Of a stretch of 64,000 nt of DNA, positions 37,658-51,879 are shown piece by piece (positions within the stretch are counted from its first letter, which is position 1; the number at the start of each line of letters is the position of its first letter). The stretch comes from Oikopleura dioica (Eukaryota; Animalia; Chordata). The stretch spans positions 8,680,001 through 8,744,000 of the forward strand of contig OU015569.1 in assembly GCA_907165135.1 (NCBI GenBank). Direction: 5' to 3'. Made by a program: the position numbers and the translations under genes. The notes below the pieces were generated by a model, which saw only the letters and a list, made by a program, of their open reading frames with translations, was not told the origin of the DNA and made no database searches.

Positions 37658-40600
37658 AGAAAATGCTTTTTTCCATCTTTTCTGCCGAATGCCACACCTG
37701 TATCTTCTTAATAAATTTTCTAAAAGCTCACTTTCTAATTGAGCTCTGTGGATTAATCCTCAAGCGAATAAATAAGTGAGCACTGTTGAGCTCCAGAAAT
37801 TGGCAGCGCTATCAAAAAAGAACGAAAATTAAACAATTTGCTGAGCGTGGGTCGTAAATCACGGTGCATCGGATGCATTTCCCCCGTTTTCTGGTGAATA
37901 ATTCCATTTTACAAGCGCAGTGCGATCGATTTTCCCCAAAAATCAAGAAATCGAAATCGACGACTTTTGCTGGGCGCATTTCCATCTACTGACCTTGTTT
38001 CGCTCTTCCAAGTGGAAATCCAGAAATTGAGCGGTCTTATCCCGCTGCGACGTGAATTACAATCATGAACAAGTTGCATACTGTTATATTGTGATCGATA
38101 AGACGTTGATCAGTAATTGAGAACTTCGCACTTGCGGGAGATCAACAAGCCATTGCTAATTAGGGACAACTGACTTAATTACTCGTAACTATCATTTCCC
38201 GCTTCTATTTTCTCGTCGAGGCCAAAGATATGCCTCGACCTGCGCCTCAAATTCACAGTCAGTATTAAAACTCATTTTAGCAGAATGATACCCAGCTTTA
38301 TTTTGGCTGACTTCCTCTTTTTGAAAATTTCAGTAAATAATACACAGCTTCCGTGTTATCAAGTACCTTATTTTTTGAAGCCAAGATTACGAGTCACCTT
38401 AGCGCGTTGGACACTTCATACTGTCGCCCAATTCTTCTTCTTATCATGTGATCAAACACAGCTCAAGAGACCATAAATCCGTTTAGCATGAGAATTAATT
38501 CAATATCCACTTTTCTGCGTGATGGCGAACTAAGCGTTTACGTTAAGCACACGACACCTTTTGAAAAAGATAAACTAACAAATGACAAATAAATAAGTAG
38601 TCAACCATCAAGTTTACAACCATTCGAGCCTGCTTTATCCACAGCTTGTTGGCGATCTGAGAAATTAGAGCCCGATTACACGGCTTAATTGAAATTCATT
38701 TTCAGAATTCCCGCTGCTTGAGTGGCGCGTTTATGATCCCCACGACCCTAGTGACCTTCTTCCAAGATAGCGAATGCCGTTGTGGGTATTCCTTGAGGTT
38801 GAGCATATCCTTTTGTTTATCTGTTAGAATAACACAGATTAAAATAAGCAGAGATTTTTTAAAACAGCTTTTATGGAATATTTCCTCCATGTCACTTTCA
38901 CGCTAAATATTTGCGTTTTGCACTAATCCGGCGCAGAGCTGATCCAGCTGCATCAATTGCGTTTTCTTTTCTTGCTGTCCAAAATTTCTTCCAAATCAAA
39001 AAGAAGAGCTCGGCAGCTGGGCTCACTCTGCCACGGCGGATGATCCCATCAAAGCCACGACGTTCCCAAAGGCTCACTATTCTGGCACTTGGACATTGCC
39101 ATAGCTAATGAATTCTAAAGTGAAAAAAGCTAGCATCGAAGAATCGAGTTCTCTGGTGTAGGAAAAGGCAGCGGTTTGAAACACAATAAAACAATTGACG
39201 AAGAAAAGTCTTTAATAAAATAAAGTTTTATTCACATACGTTTTGCTTGGTTGGAACAGTTAATGAGTCAACTCTTTTACATGAAAGAACGATGATTAGG
39301 TTTTATGACCGAGCTCAGATGTTTTCGACTTTTCTAGCTTTCTTCAAAGGGTGAGGGGCTTGGTTTATGGTTCTTATACGCCAGAGCAGTTACCACAACT
39401 ATAAGATGAGCAAAGCTTAGGCGTGCTAAGGCTTCCTCGTCTGTGATTCGCCAAGAGTACACGATCTCGCGCGCCACAGGCAGAACGCCCTCTGGCGAAT
39501 GGCGCGCGGAGGAGGAGCCTCGAGGGGTAGCCCAAGGAGCAGAACAAGCTCAGACTTGGCAGTAATAAAAATAGTAATAAAGAAATAAATATTACCAAAG
39601 GAACATTTTTATTTTATTGGTTGACGATCTAAGAAGAGCGAGAGAAGAAGCACCTCGAGGCAAAAGCAATTTAGCCGGCGGCAGCTATAAATCCGACCAC
39701 TGGTAAGTGAGCCCTTCAAAAGACAACAAGTAAATTATTATATTGTCGTGATATAACACAATTGAAAAAGACCGGCCAACACTATGCCTTGATTTTATGG
39801 TAGCAATAGGGATCTCTTTATGGCTAACTTAAACTTTATAAAGCCACTCCATCCATGATTTGCGTCACTTTCCCCAAGAAGCATTCAAAGAGAAAAAACA
39901 AAATGAGGAAAGTACTGCTGACGTAAGTCCGAGTTAGAGTACTCTTCTATGATTGCAGAACATAGTTTTGCGATTTACACTTTTGAAAATTTGATGCTTA
40001 TATAGTTTTATTCAAGTTTTTGAGAATTATTTGCATCGTCCATTTCAAGAAAACGCTCGTTTTCTTAAAGAGAAAAATTGTAGCAAAATAGAATTAACGC
40101 GACCATTCCATTTCATTAAAGAGTCGAAATACACTGATTGTTCTAGTTGAAAATGACATATCGAATGGGAGAAAATGGCCTCTATAAATTAGTACAGGGG
40201 TGATTTAGTAATTTATTGTATTTTGAGAGTAAACAACGACTGCTGATTTTACAAGCGCGTAAATTTGTAAACCTTCTCTTGGATACTCGCTGGGGGGAGC
40301 GTCCGTCAAGTCAAGTTTGTCTTGATACCCCTTTGTTTGGCACCTCGTTCTCTTCTCCAGTTTTGAGTATTCTGAACAAACTGGCGTTTGATTTATTCGA
40401 CAGAGGCCGAACGAAGTTTCCCACCTGGGCCCACGGAGATTACCTTCACTCTCTCATCAAAAGAATTTCCTAAACATGGCTTATACATATTTATTTACGG
40501 GACAAACATTCTCTCTTTATTTTAATTTCTACAGCTGATTCTTGAGTTTTCAATGCTTAGTTTGGAATTTCGCGACCTTTTTGGTTTCGTTTCCGTTAGA

Positions 40601-41159
40601 ACGTTAATCGAGGCATGGTCTCCATAAACACAGTAGGCTACGAGTTGATTTGCATAAGCCAAATAATCGACCTACTCGCCAGTTACATAGCCGAGGCAAT
40701 AAATAATATCCGCTGAGCGCCGAAATTGCGTTCTTTAATAATGCAAAAAACTAATACTGCACCACGGGGAATACGGAAGGGTAGAGATCTCCTTCGAGCT
40801 CATCACTTGCGAAAGGAGCTATCACAGTACTTCCGCCATCGTTCGCGGAGGGAGACCTTTGAACAATTTGTCATTTCGCAGGTCTCATCCCTTTCCCAAA
40901 TACAGTTGCGAGCGCTTAGCGTGGGAGTTCCGACGCTGTTTTCGACGAGCCCCGCCGCTCCGGAAAATTCTCCTCTATTTCTCTAACGCCATCTACACAG
41001 CGGCGTCCCTTTCGTCCTCTCTCTTTACTTCCACAAAGTACCAATTGGAATCATTTTCATTTTAAGTCGACGATAAAACACTTAATTTTTGAATTATTTT
41101 TTTTTCACAAGTTAGGAATTGGAGAAGATTCTGAGATGGTTGAAAAATGTCTTTTAGAA

Positions 41160-42468
41160 ATGCTGTGTTACGGAGCCGACAACATGAACAGAAACTACAC
41201 TCAGAACTATGCGATGCAGCCTTATGGTGAGTTTATACCTCTATGTTCGCATAAATCAACTATGAAATTTGTAGACATCTGCTTATCTTTGTTCAGGCTA
41301 TTATGGCGATTACGGCCACTACACTTCCTCTGATTCGACTGGTCTCACAGCTTCCACAAACTCATCGGCTGAGCTGACACCAAGCGATCCATCGACAGAT
41401 CCTTCTTCCACCCCTGAACAAATTCTCAGGGATGTTGGAAGTCAGCTATTTCCGAGTTCGATGCCTAACCAAATGGTCTCGCCGATTGACGCACCTCTAC
41501 CTCATTCTTTACCGACAGTAGCTTGGGGAGACGCGCTTGTTACTCCAACGTAAGTGTTCATCAGTTACTGGTGTTGGCAGTTGAACTGAAATATAAAGCA
41601 AACTCTTAGTGATGTATCCGCTTTCACCCGAGTGCCGCCCTTTGATTTGTACTCCACAGACCATGTAAGTCAAATACGTTCTTCTAAGAGCAGATGGTAT
41701 TAATTCTTTCTTAAAGAACCACCGGCGACACCCTTACGACTGGATGAAGCGAACTGGCGCACCTGAGACTCAGTGTAAGTAGTACCGCCAATAGAAAATC
41801 ATAATTATCAAGCAGATAATATAACTACCCATTTCGCCAGCTGATAAGCTCAATATATATGTTTAGCCGCGCCAAACCACGCGAGGACGCGAACAAAAGA
41901 CAAGTACAGAGTCGTGTACTCTGATACTCAGCGACTGGAGCTCGAGAAAGAATTTGCATTCAACAAATACATAACTATACAGTAAGTTTTGCTATTTTAT
42001 TGATATATTAGTACTGATTATCAAATTCCAAATCGGTTATTTAAAACAAGCTAATAGGCCATGCGGCGCAGCGATCAATTTTGATTTGCTAGGGATTTTG
42101 ATAGTTTTATTGGGGATGGAATAAAAGAATGCTAATTAACCATTTAATTGTTCAATTTAGGCGAAAAGGGGAACTGTCACAGCAACTCAATCTTACAGAA
42201 CGACAAGTAAAAATCTGGTTCCAGAACAGGTAAGATCGATTTCTTCTTTCTTACAATGCTTAATGCAGAGATTTCATTATTGAAATATCAGAACTTAACG
42301 TCAATTATTCAGGCGAGCAAAAGAGCGCAAAATCTCGAAAAGAAAGGGAGACAACGAAGATAGCGCTAGACCTGAGGGAGAAGACTTGGACGGCTCAAGC
42401 TCACCCACTTCCGCCGTTTCCGGTATGTTTTGTCGAGTAGGAATAAATGAAAACTAAAACCAGGTTAA
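41160..42468 (+). CDS. Cdx: Caudal-type homeobox protein
   Basis: Hexapeptide PYDWMK; homeodomain [31 protein letters not shown]|[23 protein letters not shown]|RRAKERK. Confidence 0.96.
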
Positions 42469-44819
42469 GAAGTGCGCAACGCTCTCAAGTTTGAGCCGAT
42501 TTGACGAACAAAATCAGTGGCTATTCTTGTTTATACGAACTCACGTCTTCTCAGCTAGCTCGAAAAAAGGAAACATTAATTAAATAAAATTTATATTTCG
42601 AGTTAAACTCTCAGCTTCAACTTTTGTACACTATTTTTTTCTAAAGCAACGAACTGAACGACCGACCCTCTGTTCTTTAGCTGTCAATGAAAATAAAATG
42701 GAAAATGTAGTTTCTCTTTACAATTTATCCTAACAAGTTAGTAAAAAAGTCGTCACTGAAGACATAGAAGACTACGGGGCAGGTTGTCTTGAAAGAGTAT
42801 AATGATGAAGGCGATTATTTAGTCATTTGAGAGCCTGTTTTATTCTTCAAAGGATTCATCTTTCATTTCAATAATTTAAATTGTTGTTTTCAAACTTGAG
42901 TTGTATTTTTGTCTGCATTATTAGTGGACTATGCACGAGGATGATTTTCCTCGCGCGAAGTAAGCAAGAACGGAAAGTTCTTGCGCAAAAAGGATGAGAA
43001 TATGATGAAAAAGAGAACCACTGGGACAGTCTTCTGTCTTTAACTGTGACCTGAGAACGGTAATCACTGGCAATTGGTGACGCATGGCGATGGGAGCGTC
43101 CTGCTAGTCGTCTTTTGTGTTCTCGCCTTCTATGTGAATCTTGGATTTCTGATCTAATCTCAGTGTCTGAGACAGACGTTAGTCTAATCATTGCATCAGT
43201 CTCATGCATTCCTCAGGAATTTCCTGTTGGAACAGACTCATCTTCCCTCGGCTCAAGCGGCTATCTAGATTCCAATAATCTTGTCTACCACCGTGCAAAC
43301 GTTCAACACTGTCTCGATCAGGTATATCCCAAAGATGATCGGGTTTCGAGAATTCTGCAGTCTTTCTGTTATTATGATGATAATGTTCGACAATTTTTTT
43401 CATTTTGTAGTTGTTTCACCGCATAATACATTGTTGTCTTCCAGTAAAATAATATATTATCATTCATAATAATATAAAAAACTACTTCATGCACCTGCAT
43501 GTACGTGCTTTAGCCCAAGATTTCCCTTTAGCCCAAGACGATCAATAGAGGCTCTTGCTTAATAGATTCATCTCTTTTCATAGCTATTGCGATTTCATGT
43601 AGCAACCATTCACTTCTATTCAAGATAGATAGATAGTCGTCTATTTAATCTTGTACTTCCTAACGTGAGGTTTGAATCTCATCGTGAGACCTTTTAAATA
43701 GCTGGTACCATTCTGGAATTTCACTTTGTTGCCATCTTGAAATAACATCGGAATGTGTTAGCTCGGATCTCTGACGAAAGATATTAATTAATTGATATTA
43801 CCGATAGATATTTATCGTAATTTTGACAGAGTCGACTTGATTTGAAACTGCTGCACTCCGTAATCGTCGTTGATTTCAGTTGACCATGTGATCGTTGAAA
43901 AGGATCAGTTAACTCTCAAATTAACAATAATCTTTTGCTTTTACATTTAATAGATGCTGTGAATTCCAGTGAACTCAATTTATTCAGAAAAAAATAGAAA
44001 ACTTGTATTAATAATCTGAGGGAGATTACCCTTTTTTCAACAAACATAAGTTTTGTTACAATACGGTTTTGGAAATTTCAAGAAGAACATCAATAACAAC
44101 TTATAATTTCTTATTATTCTTTCTTAATTATTCTTTATATTAATGATTAATATAAATATTGTCTAGATTCTCGCTTTAGTGCTTCCGCTGCTTTCGTCAT
44201 CTTAGCTTTTCATGTACGTCACGGGGATAGAAAAGTACTTTTTTCTTACCCACATGGGGGAAGTAGGGGCGCCATAGTCCCTTGGTATTATATACATAAA
44301 TTCTTGAAGAGTGAAGATATAAAAAAGCCTGCTGCTACTCCTCATCACTTAAAAGTTATCTCAAGTCTTCGAATGACAAGGTAAAATATATCTAGAAAAT
44401 TTGCTAGCTGTTTGAGCCTGTAGCTTGCAGGAGCTTACTGAGTTTCGTCAACGAGCTTCCATATTTCATAGCGTTAGGTTTAAAATGAATTTTCCCACGG
44501 ACCATTCGATTGCAAAAGCTATCCAGGAATCGGAATATTTTCCAATTCTCGTGGAAATAGTGAAAAGCTGAAAGAGTATGGAAATAAGTACTGGCTTAAT
44601 TTAGTAGGTCAAATTACTTGCTACGCAGATTTTTATGTTTTGCAGTTCGATAAAGGAAGAGGGCGTTCTACCTAGACAGATTCTCCGCAGACTCCCCGCT
44701 TGCGGCTCTGTTGTTTCTCGCTCAAAAGGAGAACGTCAAGACATCATTTGCACACAGACAATTAACCTTATTTAAACTATTTAATTTTATTTAAACTATT
44801 TAAACACAGATACTCCAGC

Positions 44820-45730
44820 ATGTCCAGACTCGCTTCTCTTTTCATTGCCCTTGCGAGCTGCAGCCGCCTTGATCTTACGATGGAAATCAGTGAAAACAGT
44901 GGAGACTCTTCGAGTGTACTTACTTCCTTCAAACTATCAGGTAAGGAAAATAGAGATTCGATTTCGCGTGAGCTTTCCTCGTGACCGCAGGTGGCGCCTC
45001 AAATTGCTATTTTGTGAGCTGCTTTCTCTATTCTACCAATTTAGGGGCAGAAATTCGTAAATTAACGCGACGTGAACGCCACAAAGAGGGACTAAGAAGG
45101 GGGAAACGCATGTACCGCGAACCAGCAAAGAATGAATCGGGAAATTATGATGGAATCTGCAAACCGGACAGGCAGAGCCTCAACGACAACGAACTGAAGA
45201 AGTTTCTCTGCGATCATCACTTTCATTCGATAAAAACCTTCATCAAAAATGCTTACTTCTACTCTGACGGTATGTCCTAATATAAGAAAGCTCGACTTCT
45301 TATGCGCTAAATTTCAGCAGAGAAACCCGACTGTGAAAAAAACCTTATGATCCTGAAGGGAACATCGAGAGAAATTCCAACCAGATGTAAAATGGAAACC
45401 AAACGCTCGTTTCATACTGATAATAGCTGTCTGAGCGCTGGTTCTTCGCACTGCTCAACTCCTGAGATCAATAGGTTGTGCGATCACGTGGCACATTTCT
45501 GGGAGCGACACGTCCCAACCACGAACTGGGGAAATTTCGTAGTTCACCCCAAGGAGTCTTGCAAGCCGAGTGACTCTGTAAAGGACGTGAAGGATCGAAT
45601 GAGCCAAAGAGCAAGTTGCTGCAAGCGAAAAATGCAGTCGAATCCGATTCTTAATTGCAAGGAGATTGAAATCCGCGAAGATTACCATCACAACGAAGAA
45701 CCTGGGAACACATTCACGACAAAAGTGTAA
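44820..45730 (+). CDS. Secreted Cys-rich protein, unidentified (end approximate)
   Basis: Signal MSRLASLFIALASCS; RRGKR dibasic site; Cys-rich C-terminal half; GT-AG-linked exons. Confidence 0.6.
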
Positions 45731-46002
45731 GTAGCAACTCTATTGATCACAGGAAGAGTAACAGGTCTGTTTAGTGAATTCGTTTATATTGTAAAAGAAC
45801 ACAGTACACACTCAGGGACGAAGAAACTGTTTACGATAAAGATAAAAAGTCATGGACTATGTGCGGCAACGTTAGTTTAGTATTGAATTTTGTCTGTTCT
45901 TAGATTTTTTGTATTCTTAATGTTCGCGCTAAATATCTGTATCCAAATACCAATCGCTTTTCGAATTTACCTCAACAACAACTCAAAACCACTTTCAATC
46001 TG

Positions 46003-48017
46003 CTAACAACGACTCCGCTGGAAAGTATACGCCATTACTAGTGGCCCAGTAGAGGGAAAAATAGTAAAACAACGCTTATGCTTTTCAGCAGAGTCGCTTG
46101 TCTTTTTTTCATCTTTCACAAAAACCCCCATCTTCAGAAGTAAAAATCCAAAAACAATTCGCTCATCTTCGTCTGTTGCACCAAACCAAGATCTGACGGT
46201 ACCATTCTGAATTCTGTTAATCCTGTCGATTCTTGCTAAATGAAAATGCTTACAATAAAAACAATTCATTCAAGAAAAACGCGGATCGCCGACTCAGGAA
46301 TCTGAGATCGCCGGCCTCTGAGAAGTAGCGACCGTTCAATCGATTAGTTCACAGCTCGTCTGCTCCTTTATCAGAAAGGCGGCTTGATTCTCGTGCAAAT
46401 TATGGGAAAAAACTTAACGTCAGCGCACGGCCGATATACTTGTTACGCCTGCGAGAAATCGTTCTGCCTGTCTCTTGGAAAAATAAAAACTTTAAGCATT
46501 GGATCTAGGGTGATCTAAGTTCTGAACGGACATGTCAGTGCACTTTTTATTTTGTCCGTATCTGTCCAGTCTTATCCGTACGGAAAGACTAGACTTATGT
46601 CTTTTTGCGGAAGGAAAAAGGGCAGACAAGACAAGACTTTTGCCAGGATCCGGATTTGTTCGTATTCGTCCGTGGAGTTCGGACAACTCCAGAGTTTGGA
46701 ATCAAATTTAGTCAGTCCAAGTTCAGGAGTTCAGACTTCAGTTAGACAGTTAGACAATGGAGAATGATTTCGGGCAAATTTGCCTTACAGTCAGAGCTAA
46801 CTTTGAGGGTGACTACTTACCCCTGACAGTGCCTTTCCCAATATCGCTTTCCACATGAAGTCCGTTTCGCCATAAGCATCATCCTGAATAAACTGGAAGA
46901 AATGCGCATAAGCTCGATAAATATAGAACAAATGTTGCAATTTATTTAAATTTTGTCGCAAATGATCTCGATCTTCAGCCATGTTATACATGAAGTACGT
47001 GATCTGATCCAGTAGTCATCGCTAGAACTTGAATTTTAACAGCGTCGTTTGCATACTTTTCCAACCACTTTGTTGAATTGGTGAACTCAAATAATTAAGT
47101 TTCGAATTCGAGAGTTATAAAATCAATTACTTTTGCGAGTCAGTTTTTTATGAATAGAGATGCACTGTCGTCTGTCTTTGGTAAAGAAGAAGTCGACAAT
47201 GTCATTGTAGCATCTGCTAATCGCGGAGAGGCTCGTCGACCAAGTCGAGTCCCAGCTTCTTTGCCACTGGCTGCATTCGTTTTTTAGACCCATCGTGCTT
47301 TTATATTTTGTACCTAAAAAGTTTACTACATGCTAAAAATGCACTTGAGGTTACCTCTCTGAGAGCCGATTATGACTCCAAAAGAGTTCACTTTACGCAT
47401 GCACGAGCGAAATCGCGACCTTGGCTTCAAATGGGTTTTATCGTAATGTAATTGTGGTCAAGTGAGCTGTCTTAATTGAATTCGTTTTAATCTCGACTCA
47501 AACCACTATCCTGCGAGGAGACGGCCATGAAGTTCTTGATAGCACTTGACAGAGCAAGCGAGACTCGGTGAACGCTTCTGGATTTCTTTGCTTTGGAAAA
47601 GTTCTTGACGAGGGGCTGGACGAGTGAGACGTATTCGCGGTCTAAAAATGAAGAGATGAAAGATTCAACCATACCGTGCGTTTCATAAGGAAGCCACGTG
47701 TGGTAACGAGCTTGTCCCAGAACAGGTTCGCACGGTCCTCTGCGTCCATCGTCACGCGCCCAGTAGCCCGCCTCACCAAAGCCATCACGACATCTAAAGC
47801 AAATGATGCATGATCACAAGGTGTTGTGTTATTTGCGCGGTTCTAATTTTGACTCACCCAAAACCAGCAAGTCATAAACCCCAAGAGCAGCTCTGAGGGT
47901 CTTGTGATTACGAGTGTTAGAAACGTACCTGCATTCAGTGTAACGTTGTTTGAAGTTTATTGAGTACTGAAAACAGTCAGCGTTGAGTGCGCAAGCAGGC
48001 GAGCATTCATCATTCAT
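46003..48017 (-). CDS. Multi-exon protein with N-terminal EGF-like module (ends uncertain)
   Basis: DECSPACALNADC...CRDGFG EGF pattern; exons chain in frame (AVSSQ|PRSRFRSCMRK...GSQR|GTKYKSTMGLKNEC). Confidence 0.5.
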
Positions 48018-48207
48018 CTAAATAAGCGGGATTACTAACTTCGCCTTTTTATGAATTTTGGCACATATCTTGAACAATCTTCACTGTCAGTGATCGATTC
48101 TAGTCACGTTTAGCAAAATCTCTCGCCTTGTTTATTGACGTTAAATATTTAGCCGAACCGAGCAATTCAAAGCTATTTATCACAAAGCCTTTGTGACACA
48201 GGGTTAG

Positions 48208-49745
48208 GATGATTTCAAAAAACTTTTTGCGGAGCCGGAAATCATGAAAAAAGTGCTAGTGCAGTTTTGTCAGGCTCGTCGAGACGAGTCGATTGGTATA
48301 CGTCACTCTTGAAAATTTTAAGGATTTAGCGGTTAACCGGCTGATTACCGGAAATCACGTTGTCAGCTCCCGTTTTTGTTCTAGTCGTCGGATTTTTATG
48401 TTTGAAGCGTCAAAATGATCCTTATGATCAGGGCTTCTGTAGCCTCCGAGATGAGACCCATATCTCAACTCCTGCCGAGCTTATCACTAAAAGTTTGATT
48501 TTTACGCACTTTTTGCAGTTTGAAAGTTCATAACGTTAAATTTTTACGGTAAATACTAATAAATCTTCTTCGGTTTTGATAGACAATTGAAAATTAGTAA
48601 TACCAACCGTTCAAAACCTTGTAACCAGCCGGTAAAAAAGCGCTGAATCAAAATTATGCCCTCAAAGACCACTTTTTTGATTATATTCACCCAGATATGT
48701 GAATTTCTGTAAATTAAAATTATTCTAATAGTGATGCTTAATAAATTATACAGCTTCGAGCCTTCTATGCCAGGAATCAGGTGATGAATATTCTCATTAG
48801 ATCCATGAGTCTTTCTTACTAACTCGTGATTTCTAGCAGTACTCATAATCGTGCAGGCTTAGATCTCTCACAGTTGGTTGAATTGTAGAAAATGTAGAAT
48901 CAAGTACGAAAAATCTGGCTGGACTGTCGACTATAAGACCCCGCTCGAACTGAAAGCTTCCCCGTAATTCTCATTCACATCATTTATTTATTCATACATA
49001 ATTTATTTCTTCAAAGAAGTCAGTGATAAGACTCGGTCAAAAATTTAATACGGATCTAAATACCTAAGTCCGCATTTTCTGAGCCTTTTTATAGCGAAGT
49101 CTTCTTCTCGCACTTATTGGTAGTTTAACTTGTGTCGCTGGAGTCCTCTGCACTTCATTTAGCTGCTGAAGATGCGTAAAAGCGCATTTTCATCATTATA
49201 TCCCTTATCTCCGAAAAATCACCACTAAAATAATTTAAATTTCCTGAAATTCACATATCTGGGTGAATATAATCAAAAAAGTGGTCTTTGAGGGCATAAT
49301 TTTGATTCAGCGCTTTTTTACCGGCTGGTTACAAGGTTTTGAACGGTTGGTATTACTAATTTTCAATTGTCTATCAAAACCGAAGAAGATTTATTAGTAT
49401 TTACCGTAAAAATTTAACGTTATGAACTTTCAAACTGCAAAAAGTGCGTAAAAATCAAACTTTTAGTGATAAGCTCGGCAGGAGTTGAGATATGGGTCTC
49501 ATCTCGGAGGCTACAGAAGCCCTGATCATAAGGATCATTTTGACGCTTCAAACATAAAAATCCGACGACTAGAACAAAAACGGGAGCTGACAACGTGATT
49601 TCCGGTAATCAGCCGGTTAACCGCTAAATCCTTAAAATTTTCAAGAGTGACGTATACCAATCGACTCGTCTCGACGAGCCTGACAAAACTGCACTAGCAC
49701 TTTTTTCATGATTTCCGGCTCCGCAAAAAGTTTTTTGAAATCATC
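48208..49745. mobile_element. Foldback/Mutator-like element with ~500-520-bp TIRs and ~490-bp spacer
   Basis: 48208-~48706 is a near-perfect reverse complement of ~49246-49745; flanks CAGGGTTAG / TAGGGTTAG (8 of 9 identical) look like a TSD. Confidence 0.9.
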
Positions 49746-50779
49746 TAGGGTTAGTTACAGTAAATTATTAATAATCACTCCCTCATAAACTCTTCTTTAG
49801 TTACTTTTAGGCCAATATTGAACGCCAAAGATATTATTTTATGCACAATTCTTGCTCTTATGCAAAAAATATTATCAGCTTACTATTTGTTGTTTATCTT
49901 CTTCTTGTTTTAAGGATATTACTTGTTTCTCATCTTCTGAAGTGGCTTCTTCTGCGCGACCTTGATTAATGCCTATTATTGCCAAAAGAAACTTAAAAGC
50001 AAACATAATAAATTTCAGCAACGTTTTTCAGGAAAATGAAAGGTCGGATTGACAATCTTAGCGATCTTATAATGTCATCTGTCTCCTTAATGGACGGTAT
50101 ATTCATGATTTGGTCATATAATGGGCGACATTCCATGAGTCTTCACGTTGCAATTAGAGATCGCAATTGTCTCTTTTACTTTTGTCGTTAGAAATCTTAT
50201 GGCTCGTCTATCCCATTATCGAGTTATTTTTGCGGATGTTTGCAAATAATCGGATAAAGCAAAAGTGCATTTCATTGTCCACTAGGGGTCGTGTGAACCT
50301 TGAAACGCAGTCGCTCAAACGGTCACCAGCACCATCATAATTACGGAAAGTGCCTCAGGGTGGAAAGTCTCGCACGATGGTGTCGGCGACAATTCCACCA
50401 AACTTCACTTTATCGACAAGTACTACCGTACAAACTCATTCCTTTTTAAGATCATCACCAAAATTCGTGTTTTGCTTTTTCGTCAATTTAATTCGAGATA
50501 AGAATGCGTTTATTTTTATTTGGATTGCTGCTTACTTTGTCAGAAGCTAGAAGGTGAGAGATGAAAAAACGAGAAAAACTGTAATTGCCTAAACTTATTT
50601 TTTTTCTTCAAACGGAAAGGGCTGTGTTTTTTTTTTTTGTAAATAATAGTTGAATTGAATTTACCACATTTACTTTTTAGACGATTTTCATCGGATAAGG
50701 AACGGTTCCTTTATGTCAATTCATGCAAATAAATAAATGTATTTAGTTAAGTTTATATACGTTTTTTGCGTGAAAGGAA

Positions 50780-51187
50780 CCACACAAGGAATTGAACAAG
50801 TTCTTGGCTGGAGTTCACCGGATCAAGCGGTTAGAGAAAAAGAAAAAGGGTCAAAAGTGTTGAAGTTGCATGGCAACTTTGACTTACTAGCTATTTTTTA
50901 GTCTTAGAGATTGGTGACGAACAGTCGGTACTTTTGAAGAAAGTACTGGCAGTTTTGCTGAGCATGTTCTAGCCCTATTTAAAAATAAGAAAAGTCGATC
51001 TTGAGGTGATTCCGCAATCGTAACTTTGATCACTTGGAGAGTCCCAACTGCGCCTTTCGGAAGAGCAGATTTTCGAAAAACTAAACGCTGAGTTTCCTGT
51101 CAACACCATTCTCGCCAAGTACAACACTTCTATTGATTATGTTACAAATATCATCAAAGGCAGGATGCAACGTCTCTACGTCTTATA
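50780..51187 (+). CDS. Possible final exons of a small unidentified gene
   Basis: LGESQLRLSEEQIFEKLNAEFPVNTILAKYNTSIDYVTNIIKGRMQRLYVL* is open and protein-like. Confidence 0.3.
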
Positions 51188-51222
51188 AGATTATACTTCA
51201 TTTTAGAGAGTCTATTCCTTAA

Positions 51223-51879
51223 GGACCCCCCCATCAAGAATCGCGAAAATAGGGCATCTTAGTGAAAGTTTTTCTCCAAAACTAACTTAGCTAGACCCTT
51301 AATTTTAATTGCATCCTTTAGATCGAACCCTCTACTGCAACCGTTCCCCTTAAGATGATCTCTCGATGCCAAATTTAAGGTTATACAGGCCGTTAAAGGT
51401 AAAGTTGCTTAGTGAACGTTTTTTTTGGGGTTTTCGTTGGGGTATACCCTTAATTTTTTTTCATGGTAAAGTTAAGGCCCTAAGCTACGACCGTTTGCTT
51501 TTTGAGGATCTTTTGTCAACGAACTTAAGTAGGACAGCCCCTTTAAAATTTTATAAGTCGAATCTTAGTCGAATTTCCGTATTTAAATTTTCAGTAATTA
51601 TTGCCTAAATTGCCCTGAATTACGTTTTTATACTCGTGTTTATGATAGAAATAGTTTTTATCGTTGGTATACCCTTAATTACCATTAAAAAATAGCGAAC
51701 TAAAGATTTTTATGAAATGTAAAATGTTAATTTACAATTTTTGAAGTCAATTTCTGCCAAAATTTTCTATAAGATCAAAAAAATTTTCTGTATAAAAGTT
51801 GTTCCTCGTGGTCTAAACTACCCAAAAAAGCAAAAAAAATTTGAAAATTTTGACTTTTTTCATCTTGATGGGGGGGTCC
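51223..51879. mobile_element. Non-autonomous TIR element with TTAA TSD and GG termini (Kolobok-like)
   Basis: Perfect 17-bp TIR GGACCCCCCCATCAAGA flanked by TTAA at 51219-51222 and 51880-51883; AT-rich interior with a repeated GGTATACCCTTAATT. Confidence 0.75.

Noticed and set aside
38700-39560. Protein-like frames upstream of Cdx
   Set aside because: Splice trials hit stops and no family was recognised.
46500-46790. Repeat-rich intronic segment as a MITE
   Set aside because: Only partial end complementarity and no clear TSD.
49990-50460. Degenerate retroelement fragment
   Set aside because: All frames are interrupted and no RT, integrase or endonuclease motif is visible.
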